Virus record (IMG/VR): IMGVR_UViG_3300045283_000397
Span: 26,565-90,564 of that record
DNA length: 64,000 nt
Direction: 5' to 3' (one strand)
Origin: a virus
Shown piece after piece: positions 9,149-19,273 of the stretch. The notes under the pieces were generated by a model. It worked only from the letters and a program-made list of their open reading frames with translations, was not told where the DNA came from and did not search any database. Position 1 is the first letter of the stretch, and every line of letters begins with the position of its first letter. The position numbers and the translations under genes are program-made.

Positions 9149-9177
9149 ATCTTAGCCTAACCGGGGAGCGCAGTAAA
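9149..9177 (-). promoter_or_regulatory. sigma70-type promoter TTTACT-N17-TAAGAT
   Basis: Same promoter family. Confidence 0.6.
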
Positions 9178-9189
9178 GGCCTGGCCAGG

Positions 9190-9490
9190 GGTATTGACGG
9201 TATTGGTCCAACGCGCCTGCGCCTACGTGATCGCACGAGCGCGCGGGTGAGGTTAATACTTCAATACTCAGGGCGTGCGGGCAAGGTTACGTGGGTGTGT
9301 TCAAGGGCTTACCCCCGGTCGTTTAGGTATTGGTTAGGTATTGAATATTGATTATCCCTATTAGTAGTAATCCTATAGCTATATGTAGTAGGGTTTTTGC
9401 TAATAATTCTACGCAGGAAAAACGTAAATCATAAATACCATAGTACCTTCACCCTATAGGTAGTGCCCCACAAAGCTACCTATAGGGCTA
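9190..9490. other. Putative replication origin/control region
   Basis: GGTATTG repeats, AT-rich 9330-9450, perfect 12-bp inverted repeat 9452-9463/9476-9487, adjacent to primase. Confidence 0.45.
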
Positions 9491-9663
9491 GCGCACACCC
9501 GTTTTATAGGCTAGCCTACCCGTACTACCCTCCGACAAGGACGATCAATGCCATGCCCTCCCACACCCATCTAAGGGAATACCGCCTTCCGCGCGCCACC
9601 GACGCGCCGGGAACTTCTCCCAACACCCCCGCGGAGGAGGTCCACCCAGCGCGCTGATGCGTC

Positions 9664-11226
9664 ATGCCCCTTACCCCCGCCCAGCGCCTCGCGGCCCTAT
9701 TCACTGGCAACGACACGGCCCACGGCACCCACGGCGAGCCCGAGCACAACCCCACCAAGGCCAAGTGGGAGATCAAGGCCACCGCGCGCACTAAGCGGGG
9801 GGCCCCCACCATCGAACTCTGGGAGCAGCACCTCGCTGGCGACTACCCGCTCGGCATCGTTGCCATCCAGACCAACTCCACCGCGCAATGGGGCTGCATC
9901 GACATCGACGAATACCAAGACGACTTGCTGCGCCTCATCCAACAAATAAACGTAAACCACTACCCCCTCGTCCCTTGCCGCTCCAAATCCGGCGGCCTTC
10001 ACTTATTCCTCTTCCTCACCTCCCCGGCCCCGGCCATTGCCATCATCACCCTACTGCGCGACATCGCGGCGCGCATTGGCCACGCCACGGCCGAGATCTT
10101 CCCCAAGCAAGCCCAGGTCCAGACCGAGCGCGGCGATGTGGGCAACTGGATGATAATGCCCTACTTCGGCTCGACCTACAATAACAAGCTACGCGAGCAG
10201 GTCGGCCTCAAGCAAACCGGTGCTGAGCAAACCCTAACCGAATTCCTCGACGTAGCCGAAGCCGCGCGCATAACCCCCGACCAGCTGCGCGCATTCTCTA
10301 CCCCCGCCAACGGCCACGGGCGCGCGCGCCCGCCCAGCGGTCCATTTAGCGACGGGCCCCCCTGCCTCCAGATACTCACAGAGATCGGCTGGTCCACCAA
10401 TCGCAATGAAACCCTCATGCACGCCGGGCGCTACGCTAAGCTCTCTCACCCCGATTGGAAGTCCGAGATCGCGCGCTATAATTCCGAATATTGCCGCCCC
10501 CCGCTGCCCCCCGAGGAAGTCACCACGATTGTGCGCTCGCTAGAAAAGAAAGACTATGAGTATTTTTGTAAGAAACAGCCCATGGCCAGCCATTGCAATT
10601 CCTCGCAGTGCCATGCGCGCAAATTCGGCGTAGGACCCAGCGACGATTTCCCGCGCATAACCGCGCTGCGCAAGATAGAGGGAGCATCCCCGGTATGGTT
10701 TATGAATGTAGACGACATGGCCCTGGAGCTCTCCACCGAGCAGATGCAGCGCTTTGACCTTTTCCAGCGAGTTGCACTGGCCGTAGGGAATCACTTCTAT
10801 CCCCCGATGAAGCAGGCCGCATGGGGCCAATTACTTAATGCTGCGCTGGCCAACGTCATTATCATCGAGGCCTCGTCCGATCTCACAGCGGCCGGCATTT
10901 TTCTCGCCCATTTAGAGGACTTTCTCACCAATAAGCGCCGCGGCAAACTACGCGACGAGCTACTTTCTGGCCTCCCCTGGGAGGACGAGGACGAGCATCG
11001 CTACTACTTTTCCATGAAAGGTCTTACCACTAGCCTCAAACGCGCAGGCGTGCGCGATCACGAATTGGGCGAAACCTGGATCAGCAAGCGCATCCGCGAT
11101 CTCGGCGGAGATCGCAAATTCCTCAAAATCAAGGAAAAGGGCATCAACGTATGGTGGGTACCTTCCGCCTGCGTTTCGCCCACCCCGACCCCCGATATAC
11201 GCCCGCTGCCCTCAACCCCCATCTGA
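9664..11226 (+). CDS. AEP-superfamily primase(-polymerase) with PriCT-like domain
   Basis: WGCIDID (motif I), RSKSGGLHLF (motif II), GPPCL...RNETL...N...CRPPLPPEEV. Confidence 0.8.
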   Translation: MPLTPAQRLAALFTGNDTAHGTHGEPEHNPTKAKWEIKATARTKRGAPTIELWEQHLAGDYPLGIVAIQTNSTAQWGCIDIDEYQDDLLRLIQQINVNHYPLVPCRSKSGGLHLFLFLTSPAPAIAIITLLRDIAARIGHATAEIFPKQAQVQTERGDVGNWMIMPYFGSTYNNKLREQVGLKQTGAEQTLTEFLDVAEAARITPDQLRAFSTPANGHGRARPPSGPFSDGPPCLQILTEIGWSTNRNETLMHAGRYAKLSHPDWKSEIARYNSEYCRPPLPPEEVTTIVRSLEKKDYEYFCKKQPMASHCNSSQCHARKFGVGPSDDFPRITALRKIEGASPVWFMNVDDMALELSTEQMQRFDLFQRVALAVGNHFYPPMKQAAWGQLLNAALANVIIIEASSDLTAAGIFLAHLEDFLTNKRRGKLRDELLSGLPWEDEDEHRYYFSMKGLTTSLKRAGVRDHELGETWISKRIRDLGGDRKFLKIKEKGINVWWVPSACVSPTPTPDIRPLPSTPI

Positions 11227-11773
11227 GGAGACCTCGAATATGGACAAAGACGACTTATCCAATCTAGTTGAAGAACGCACACTACAACTGCGCTGGTACC
11301 AAGGTCCTGGCACCGCTCTTCCGCGTCTACAACAACTCTGGCTAATTACCGGAGGATATCCCCCAAGTAACGACATACGCTATGAATGGCGCGACGTGCC
11401 CACTGAGCATACTCCATGACTACCCCCGAAGATCTCGCCGGCCCCTACATCCTCTGGCTCGACTACGGTACCGAGGGCTGGCAGCCGCGCTCCTACCCTT
11501 CCATCCGCGCCGCGCTGGAGGCCGAGCGCTACCAATCGCGCTACATCCTCACGCGCACCGTTTCCTACAAAATCAAGGACACCACGCCATGAAGCAAGCC
11601 AAGCTCGAAGCGCAAATAGAGACAGACGATTTCCAGCCGCAGCCGGCCGGCATAGCGCCCGCCGCGCCGCATCGGTTTGTCCCCTTTCTTGGCCGGCCGG
11701 GTGTGGATGACATGTGTGCAGCCGCCACAGAAATTGAATCACTCCATCGTGTTATTAACTCCGGGAGGGCAAA

Positions 11774-12028
11774 ATGAGCCTCCGCAACACCCGCCCAGGC
11801 ATATGGCTGACTTTTCGTTGTTACCGCTGCCAACAACTCAAATTTATAGCGAATGCTGGCCATTACAAAAACCTGAATGATATGATCGGCGTCGCGCGCG
11901 ACCGCGGCTGGTTCATCCCCGCCACTAATCTCTGCTATTGCCCTGCTTGCTCCCCGGCCGCGCGCAGCGCCTACGCGCGCCGCAAGATCGTCCTCAAATT
12001 CGAAGGTGAAACGCTGCGCCTAAAATAA
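11774..12028 (+). CDS. Small Zn-finger protein
   Basis: CxxC...GW...CxCxxC. Confidence 0.55.
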   Translation: MSLRNTRPGIWLTFRCYRCQQLKFIANAGHYKNLNDMIGVARDRGWFIPATNLCYCPACSPAARSAYARRKIVLKFEGETLRLK

Positions 12029-12042
12029 TTTTCCCCACCCCC

Positions 12043-12071
12043 TTTACTTCCCCCCAAACCTCCTTTATACC
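12043..12071 (+). promoter_or_regulatory. sigma70-type promoter TTTACT-N17-TATACC
   Basis: Promoter family; leader contains GGTGA and GGAACTGGG before ATG 12105. Confidence 0.6.
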
Positions 12072-12104
12072 TAGCCCTAGGTGAACCGAGAAAGGAACTG
12101 GGAA

Positions 12105-12323
12105 ATGTCAAAGCGAACCAAATATACCGTTCACTGCCCTGACGGGCACATCGCGCGCTTCTCCGAGCAATGGCACGCGCGCGTTTTCGCCATTGCACTT
12201 TCTGAACGCATGCCGATGTACTGCATCGAAATGTCAGCGCCCGACGGCCTAATAGGCCAATACCGCGGCGGCGACACCACCCCCGAGTTCAAGCAGCACC
12301 ACATCAGTGGCCTTTTCCGCTAG
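12105..12323 (+). CDS. Hypothetical early protein
   Basis: AAAGGA RBS, MSKRTKYTVHCPDG. Confidence 0.6.
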   Translation: MSKRTKYTVHCPDGHIARFSEQWHARVFAIALSERMPMYCIEMSAPDGLIGQYRGGDTTPEFKQHHISGLFR

Positions 12324-12647
12324 CCCTAGCCCACCCCGCGCGCTATGCTAGCCCCGCAACCAAGGACACCCACGCCGATGCCCACCTACACTTTCACCGG
12401 CCCCGCCGTGCCCGCCATAGCCACGCGCGTAAGCGCGCCCAGCGAACCCGCAGCGCGCGACTTAGCCATGGCCGCGCGCCACACAGCCCAGCAGATGGCC
12501 AAGATCCAAGCGCGCCGGCCTTACCTTGGCGCTGGCCTAACCCTCATCAAGCAAGAGGATTAGCCGATGCTCTACGACAAGAAGTGGGATACCCCGCCAC
12601 CACCTTCCACCCCGACTGGACCACCACCTAACAGAAGGAACTGGGCA

Positions 12648-13157
12648 ATGCTACCACGCTACCGCACCGCTTGCGAGCAACTAAACACCCAAGCCTTAGA
12701 GCTCTTGGCCGAGCGCTTCGACCTCCAGGCCACGTCGGACTCCAGCTACGATCTGCTCCGACCGATCAGCCACGCCGCCGCCACCGTAACCCTCCTGCGC
12801 GCCGGCTACACCCAAGACGCCGAGCTCCTGCTCGGACGCCCCATAACCCACTGCGCGCCCGCCCCCAACTCCCCGCTCCTCGTCTGCGGCACGGCCACCC
12901 TCCTCGCGCGCCTGGCGGCGCAACTACCCGCCGAGCGCGGGCCCACCCCCGGCACCAACAATACGCGCCTCTACGACCGGCTGCGCGTCCAATCGGTCGG
13001 GCCAGATGCCCGGCGGATTGGAATGCGATCTCTCGGCCGCGCGCGCTTACGCCCTGGCGTCACCGTCGGCCAGCTCCTGCGCCGCGGCATGTCGCGCCGC
13101 CGCCTTAGCGAGGCCGCGCGCCAGGGTTGGATCACCCTGGCCGAGCCCACAGCGTAA
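12648..13157 (+). CDS. Hypothetical protein with C-terminal GxTV...GWI domain
   Basis: AAGGAACTGGG leader; C-terminus RPGVTVGQLLRRGMSRRRLSEAARQGWI. Confidence 0.6.
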   Translation: MLPRYRTACEQLNTQALELLAERFDLQATSDSSYDLLRPISHAAATVTLLRAGYTQDAELLLGRPITHCAPAPNSPLLVCGTATLLARLAAQLPAERGPTPGTNNTRLYDRLRVQSVGPDARRIGMRSLGRARLRPGVTVGQLLRRGMSRRRLSEAARQGWITLAEPTA

Positions 13158-13183
13158 ACGGTGAGTGTACAACGGAGGAAGTA

Positions 13184-13441
13184 ATGAACGACCTCACATC
13201 CGCCGAGCGAGAGTTGTTATCTTGGCTCTCTGAGGAAGATTTTAACCAATACGGCGAATGCCACGGGAAAACTCTTGACTCGCTCCTTGCGAAGGGGTTG
13301 GCGCGAATTCACGGCCCCGGAGAACATCAGCGGTTCATCGCCAACGACTTTTCCGGCACCAAAGGAATGATGTACCGGGCCGTTTCTTTAACTGAGGCCG
13401 GCTGGGAAGAAGTTAAGGCGATGCGAGTCGTAAATACCTGA
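13184..13441 (+). CDS. Hypothetical winged-helix-like protein
   Basis: GGAGG RBS; LTSAERELL...LLAKGLA...SLTEAG. Confidence 0.55.
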   Translation: MNDLTSAERELLSWLSEEDFNQYGECHGKTLDSLLAKGLARIHGPGEHQRFIANDFSGTKGMMYRAVSLTEAGWEEVKAMRVVNT

Positions 13442-13462
13442 TTAACGACGGGACCCAGAGCG

Positions 13463-14269
13463 ATGGTCATCGTTTTAGATTGCGAAACCACCGGCCTCCG
13501 CCCCGAGGCCGGCCACACCGTGGTCGAGCTCGCCGCGGTGGCCTTAACCCCCGACCCTTACCCATTCACCGAGCTCTCGGTAGACCTGGCACAGGGCACC
13601 GGCCTAAAGTACCGCACCCAGCAAACCTACTCGCTCGCCCCCCATCCATTCTCCACTCTCGTCGCCCCGGGCCGGCGCCTCTCCCCCGAGGCCCAAGCCG
13701 TGCACCACCTGCGCGATATCGACTTGCGCCAGGCCCCTAAGCTGCCACTAGCCCTAGACCAGATGCTGCACCACTTCGGCGCCTCGCGCGGCACGCGGCT
13801 GGTAGTTGCGGCTCATAACGCCGCGTTTGACCGGGCTTTCCTGGAGACCTTCCACGACCACTTCGGCGCGGCCCAATGGCTGTGTACCTATCGCCTAGCC
13901 TGCCACCTCTACCCCAATGCCCCGGGCCACTCCAATCAAGTCCTCCGATATTTCCTCGGGTTGGACAACGAAGTGCGCGCGAGCCTCCCCGGCCAATCGC
14001 TTTCTGCGCACCGCGCCCTCTACGATGCCATCACCACCGCCTGCCTACTCAAGCACATGCTTAGCAACCGCACGCTAGAAGACTTGTTGATCCTACAGGA
14101 TCAACCCGTCCTCCAGCGTGTGGTACGTTTCGGCAAATATCGCGGCCAGGAGTGGGCGGCCGTGCCGCGCGACTACCTCGCCTACGTCATGCGCCAGACC
14201 GGTCCCGGCGGCTTCGACGCAGACGTGATGCACACGGCCGCCTTCCACATGAACAGGAGTCCGATATGA
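13463..14269 (+). CDS. DEDDh 3'-5' exonuclease (exonuclease X-like) with C-terminal FGKY domain
   Basis: LDCETTG, AHNAAFD, AHRALYD, FGKYRG..W..VP.DYL. Confidence 0.88.
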   Translation: MVIVLDCETTGLRPEAGHTVVELAAVALTPDPYPFTELSVDLAQGTGLKYRTQQTYSLAPHPFSTLVAPGRRLSPEAQAVHHLRDIDLRQAPKLPLALDQMLHHFGASRGTRLVVAAHNAAFDRAFLETFHDHFGAAQWLCTYRLACHLYPNAPGHSNQVLRYFLGLDNEVRASLPGQSLSAHRALYDAITTACLLKHMLSNRTLEDLLILQDQPVLQRVVRFGKYRGQEWAAVPRDYLAYVMRQTGPGGFDADVMHTAAFHMNRSPI

Positions 14270-14694
14270 AAATCAACGGCAAGCGCGTAGTGGATGCCAC
14301 CCGCCCCCTCAAGATCGAGATAAGCGCGAAGGACGCCGCGGCGGGTAAGCGCAACGATCCCGGTGGATGCGCTGCCGCGCGCGCCATCGTGCGCGGCTAT
14401 CGCGACACCGGCGCTAAGCAAGCCAGAGTACACCTCGGGCGCACCTATATCGAATACGAGGACAAGTGGGTGCGCTACAACACTCCCACCTCGCTCAAGA
14501 CCGAAATCGTCTCCTTCGACCGCGGCGCCGAGGCCCAATATTCGGCCGGCACCTACAACCTCCAGGCCATCCAGCCCACCGCGCGCCTGGGCGTCAAGCG
14601 CTCCGGGCCCTCCGGCCCGCGCGGCAAGCGCCCGCACATCGCGCGCGTCCACCACCAGATCGAAGGCGTCCGCGCCCGCGGAGCCAACCGCTAA
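14266..14694 (+). CDS. Hypothetical phage protein
   Basis: AGGAG RBS; MKINGKRVVDAT...DPGGCAAARA. Confidence 0.65.
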   Translation: MKINGKRVVDATRPLKIEISAKDAAAGKRNDPGGCAAARAIVRGYRDTGAKQARVHLGRTYIEYEDKWVRYNTPTSLKTEIVSFDRGAEAQYSAGTYNLQAIQPTARLGVKRSGPSGPRGKRPHIARVHHQIEGVRARGANR

Positions 14695-14876
14695 TGGCCC
14701 GCCGCAAGCCGATACCGCGCACCGGGGGCGCCACGCTACCTTGTCCCGGCTGCGGCGGGATAACGCGCGCCATAGAAACTCGCCGGCCCCCGGCTAAGCA
14801 CCACCCGGTGGTGCTACGCCAGCGGCGTTGCGTGGATTGCGGCCTCATCACCCGTACGCGCGAGCAGCGCGCATGA
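14694..14876 (+). CDS. NrdR-like Zn-ribbon protein
   Basis: CPGCG..T..IETR...RQRRCVDCG...T.E. Confidence 0.6.
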   Translation: MARRKPIPRTGGATLPCPGCGGITRAIETRRPPAKHHPVVLRQRRCVDCGLITRTREQRA

Positions 14877-15105
14877 TCGTTGCGGGCGAGAGCGGGACCG
14901 TGAAGGCGCGCCCAGCCGTACCGGAGCTTCTGGACGAACTATTCTCAGCCGTCCAAGAAGCGCAAGGCCATGGCTTCATCTCAGATGGTGAAGCCTACGG
15001 CCTTACCCACCAGCAATTCTTCGATCAAATCCGCTCCCGCTTGGACTGGAACAAAGAGGCGATAAAGATTATCAAGAAGTTTCTCCGCAAATATGGGGAA
15101 AGGGC

Positions 15106-15528
15106 ATGATTGATGGCGGCTTGCGCGCGCTCTTCCGCGCCCACCTGCCCGCCTTCATGTGGACCAGCATCGAAACCGGACAAACGGGAAGGGGTATCCC
15201 TGATAGCGAGTATTGTTATCAAGGCCAAACCGGATGGATTGAATTTAAGGTGGTTTCGGGTTGGGCAGTGCCACTGCGCCCCGAGCAAGTCGCCTGGCTT
15301 AGCCGGCGCGCGCGCTATAGGGGGCGCTGCTGGGTGGCCGTGCGCCGCAAGCACTCGGGCGGCCCGCGCAAGGGCGCCGCGGTGGATGAGATTTACATCT
15401 GGCCCGGCGCGCGCGCGGCCGACCTCAAGCGCCTCGGCCTTGAGCATGGCCTGCTGGGCGATTGCTACGGCGCCAACGGCCCGGCGCGGTGGTCCTGGGA
15501 CGCCATCGCGCGACTGCTGACCACCTAA
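15106..15528 (+). CDS. PD-(D/E)xK nuclease (VRR-NUC/resolvase-like)
   Basis: GIPD...WIEFK...LRPEQVAW. Confidence 0.75.
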   Translation: MIDGGLRALFRAHLPAFMWTSIETGQTGRGIPDSEYCYQGQTGWIEFKVVSGWAVPLRPEQVAWLSRRARYRGRCWVAVRRKHSGGPRKGAAVDEIYIWPGARAADLKRLGLEHGLLGDCYGANGPARWSWDAIARLLTT

Positions 15529-16659
15529 GAATTATAGGTGCGGTGCGGCAACACTCGGCCATACATGACGCGCCCCGAATACGGCTCGCTGCTGGTCACC
15601 CCGGTCATGGCCGGGTGCTCGGGGTGCTGGTCGCCGGGCTTGTGGCCGCATCCCCGGCACACCATGAAGCCGCTCTTGCGCTCGTAGGACGCGCCGCAGC
15701 GCGGACACCCCACAACCCTGCTCCGTTTCTTATCGCGCATCAGCATTGTCCCTAATGTAGTTGACCTCTCTCCTCAGCGCCGCGCCACGGTAGCCTAGCC
15801 CCGCTATCCGCGCGCCGAGCACATCCACATCGCCCTCGTACATCCCCCCGGCCTCGCGGAACTCCGCGATGGCGCGCTCGCGCCGCCACTGCCACAACTC
15901 GGTGGCTTGCACCCCCGGCCCGGGCCCCATCACACCCTCCCTATCAGGCTGAACACCACCATCAGCACCAGAACCGCCGCCGCTAGCCAAAGCGGCGCGG
16001 CCCAGGCCACCTTATACGCTAGCCCGCGCGCCAGCGCGCGCACGATGTGCTCCGCGAGCGACTGACGCATCAGTGGTTCGGCGCGAAGCCGCCCTCCCAC
16101 CCGGGTGGGTCGGGCGGCTCGGCATGTGCCCGCTCGTATTCGATGAAGCTCTCGATTCGGTCCTGAATCAATTGGGCGAGCTCCTTGCACCTGGCGTCGC
16201 TAAACAATAACGGCTCATCCTCCAGGAACACCGAGGCGAGGTCGTAGCAGCGCGGGTCGTAGCTCATCTCATGCCCCCGCCACCAGCGCGCCGAACACGG
16301 CCACGCAGGCCAGGAACAGGCCGAGCGAGGCCAGCGCCCCGAGCTCGACCAGGATGTCGTACAGCGTCCAGTTCATAACCCCGTCCTCCTCAGTAGGCGC
16401 CGCGCCTCGGCGACCCTGTCCATGATGCACTGGTAGTTTGTGTTGCCGAATTCGCGCCGGCACAGCGGCTCCATGAGGCTTATCGAGGCATCCACCTCAT
16501 TGGCCAATTTGGCAAGGGCCTCATGTAGCGGCCCGACTTCAGTTGCCGCCGCGAACAGCTTTTCGCACTCGACCGGGGTGAGTTCCCGATCACCATCGCT
16601 TTCGCGGACGATGAGGTAAGTTTCAAGCGGCTTCTTGATGACCATTAATCCGGGGATGA

Positions 16660-16854
16660 TCATTGGTCCTCCTCCAGCTCTACCTGGCGCGCCACCACCA
16701 CGGCCAGGGCGGAGCTCACGGTGCCCTCCATCTGCCAGCCGTGCAGATCGTGGCGGTTGACCATGAGCTTGAAGAGCGAGCGCCGCCCGCCCGAGCGCCG
16801 GCTCTCCCATATCTCGTAGGAGGGCCGCACCCGCGTCATCATGTATGTCGTCAT
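16660..16854 (-). CDS. Hypothetical protein
   Basis: AAAGGAACTAGG leader before ATG. Confidence 0.5.
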   Translation of the reverse strand: MTTYMMTRVRPSYEIWESRRSGGRRSLFKLMVNRHDLHGWQMEGTVSSALAVVVARQVELEEDQ

Positions 16855-16870
16855 GTCCTAGTTCCTTTCC

Positions 16871-18367
16871 TCAGTTGACATAAGCCAGCAGCTGCTGCGC
16901 CCGGGTGATGGCTACGTAGGCCAGGTTCTCTTCCTGGCGCTTCTGCCAGTCCTGCTTGGCCCAGGGGCTGGGGCACAAGCCCGACCGGTAGAGGTACACC
17001 CGGCCCCACTCGCGCCCCTTGGAGCGGTGGTAGGTGGCACAGGTGATGATGCGCTGGCCTTCGGCCGCGTCGGTGTCCGCGAACATAGTGTTAATGAAGG
17101 CCTGGACGTCGCAGACGTCCTTTTGGCCTTTATTAAGGACCGCCTGGCAGATCTCCACCAGCGTCTCGCACTTGTCCGCGACGGCTTCGGCCTTGACATC
17201 CTGGCCACGCGCCAGGTGCTTCTGCATCTCGCGCTCCCTGTAGATGTCCAGGCGATTGAGCAGCGCGTCGATGGTCTTGACCTTCCACCGCCCCGCCAGC
17301 TTTGCCAGGCCCTCGCCGATCGCGCGGCCTTCCACCTTGCAAGCCTTGCCCTGGCGGATCATCGAATAAGCTACCTGGATGAGCGGCGCGGTGTTGCGGC
17401 AGAGCACCGCGTCGCCGGCCCCGAGGTCCTCGGGCAGCGCCGGCAGCATAGCTACCTCGCCCTTGGCGGCGCCTTCGGCCGCCTCAATGTCCGGCACCAA
17501 GCGCTGGGCCTCGGCCACCACCGCGCGCGGGCAACGCCACGTCATGGTCAGCGGCATGGCCTGGGCCTGTAAGTCTTTGATCAGGTCGGTCAGCGCGTCG
17601 GCACCGGCGCCGGCAAAGCCCATGATGGCCTGGCGGTCGTCGCCCACCACCACCATGCGCCCGCTCCTCTTGAGAAACTTGCGCATCAGCGCCTGGCGCG
17701 TGCGGTTGGTGTCCTGGGCCTCGTCGAGGAAGATGAGGTCCTTACCGAATTTGACGCGGATGTTCTTGATGAGCGGGAACAGCACCATGTCGTCGAAGTC
17801 TACCACGTCGGTCTGCTCTAGCGAGGCCCGATAGATATACTGGGCGGCCTCCACGATCGCGTCCATGGCCGAAGTATCATCCAGCCCGTTCACGTCGTAG
17901 TGGTCGGCCAGCGCGTGCCAAGTCATGGCGTCGCCTATGGGGGAGTCGGTAAAGAAACCGACTCCCGCAACTTTGGCCAGGTGCACCAGTTGGCAAATCT
18001 GGGCCTCGTATTCGCGGTAGACGGCCTCGTTGCGCCCGCGCACTAGCAAGCGCACCTTGTTGTCGTCCACCTTGGGCTTGAACATGAACTTGACGAGCCC
18101 GAATCCTATGCTGTGCGTGGTGGCGGCCTGGGCCTGGCGCCAGTCCAACCCCATCTTGGCCAGCTTGCCCTTGATCTCCTCGGCGATGGCCTTGCCGAAG
18201 GCGCAGACCAGCACCTCGTGCCCGGGGAACTTCGCCAGATACGCGGCCACCCCGAGCAGGATTGTGTGCGTCTTGCCCGTGCCCGCGCGCGCCACCAGCG
18301 CCAGGTGGCTCACGCCTTCCACCAGTGCCCTTACGAAGTCCGCCTGCTGCTTGGTAGGGGTAGTCAT
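16871..18367 (-). CDS. UvrD/REP-family SF1 helicase
   Basis: ARAGTGKT, LDEAQD, VGDDRQAI, TWRCP, TYHRSKGREW, YVAITRA. Confidence 0.92.
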   Translation of the reverse strand: MTTPTKQQADFVRALVEGVSHLALVARAGTGKTHTILLGVAAYLAKFPGHEVLVCAFGKAIAEEIKGKLAKMGLDWRQAQAATTHSIGFGLVKFMFKPKVDDNKVRLLVRGRNEAVYREYEAQICQLVHLAKVAGVGFFTDSPIGDAMTWHALADHYDVNGLDDTSAMDAIVEAAQYIYRASLEQTDVVDFDDMVLFPLIKNIRVKFGKDLIFLDEAQDTNRTRQALMRKFLKRSGRMVVVGDDRQAIMGFAGAGADALTDLIKDLQAQAMPLTMTWRCPRAVVAEAQRLVPDIEAAEGAAKGEVAMLPALPEDLGAGDAVLCRNTAPLIQVAYSMIRQGKACKVEGRAIGEGLAKLAGRWKVKTIDALLNRLDIYREREMQKHLARGQDVKAEAVADKCETLVEICQAVLNKGQKDVCDVQAFINTMFADTDAAEGQRIITCATYHRSKGREWGRVYLYRSGLCPSPWAKQDWQKRQEENLAYVAITRAQQLLAYVN

Positions 18368-18395
18368 GGCCCAGTTCTCCTCTTCACCTAGCCCT

Positions 18396-18424
18396 AGTAT
18401 GCCCCTTCCAATCCCAGAAGTAAA
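18396..18424 (-). promoter_or_regulatory. sigma70-type promoter TTTACT-N17-CATACT
   Basis: Promoter family; leader CTAGGTGAA...GAACTGGG resembles the 12072-12104 leader. Confidence 0.6.
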
Positions 18425-18550
18425 GCCCCTTGCTTCATTTATTTTGCCCTATACGCGCGCCAAGCCATCACCGCCCACGCCCCCGCCAGCACCACCCCCG
18501 CGCCCGCGTAGAGCCACCAGCCGGCTAGGTCCTTCATCCTACAGACCTTT

Positions 18551-19273
18551 TCAAAATCCTTGGTACGAATTCTTTTGCCACCAGAGTTTATCGGGGACAA
18601 ATCCCCCATCATCAGCCCATCGAAAATAATCGTTTCTCATAGCTAAACGCTGCATGGCTGCTTTTCGATTTGCTACCGTTTTAGCTGACTGCTTTTTGCC
18701 TTTTCGAGCTGCGCTTAGTTTTTTCAAATGTTCTTCAGACTGCTTCTTGCCTATGAAATGTAGTCTAGTTTTCTCAATCGCTTCTTGGGAACGCTTTCGG
18801 CCCTTTAAAGAAACCCCTTGCTTTTGTCTAGATTCCAAGGTTCTTTTGGTACCTATTTTGGCTTTTCTCATTTTCTCCCGAGTTTCAGGCCCAGGTCTAA
18901 TCCCTTCATGAGCTATACTAATAAGGCGCCGAGTTTCCATCGAGAGATAACGGCCAGATTTGCTGCCGCGATAGACATTGGTGGTGCGATTATAATAGCG
19001 AACGCAAAGCTCATCGCGAGTAATCATGCTGACCCAGCGCTGCTCAATTTCCAAAAGCGCCTGGACATTCCTAATGGCTATCCGATATATTATGCGGCGC
19101 TTGAAATCTTGGGACCGTTCCCGGTACTCCTTAAGCATGGTCCGAGAAGAACAAATATAGCCATCGTCCTCTTCACCCATGTGAGAACCGACATAGAACA
19201 TTTTGCGAGAACGATCGCGCCAGATGTACACAAAACCATAAAATTTAGGCAGTGTTCCATGCATTTTTGGCAC
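18551..19273 (-). CDS. GIY-YIG-like (Seg-type) homing endonuclease with NUMOD3 repeats
   Basis: YGFVYIW...FYVGSH...Y.CSS; ETREKMR-type repeats; low GC; overlaps the end of the polymerase gene. Confidence 0.8.
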   Translation of the reverse strand: MPKMHGTLPKFYGFVYIWRDRSRKMFYVGSHMGEEDDGYICSSRTMLKEYRERSQDFKRRIIYRIAIRNVQALLEIEQRWVSMITRDELCVRYYNRTTNVYRGSKSGRYLSMETRRLISIAHEGIRPGPETREKMRKAKIGTKRTLESRQKQGVSLKGRKRSQEAIEKTRLHFIGKKQSEEHLKKLSAARKGKKQSAKTVANRKAAMQRLAMRNDYFRWADDGGFVPDKLWWQKNSYQGF

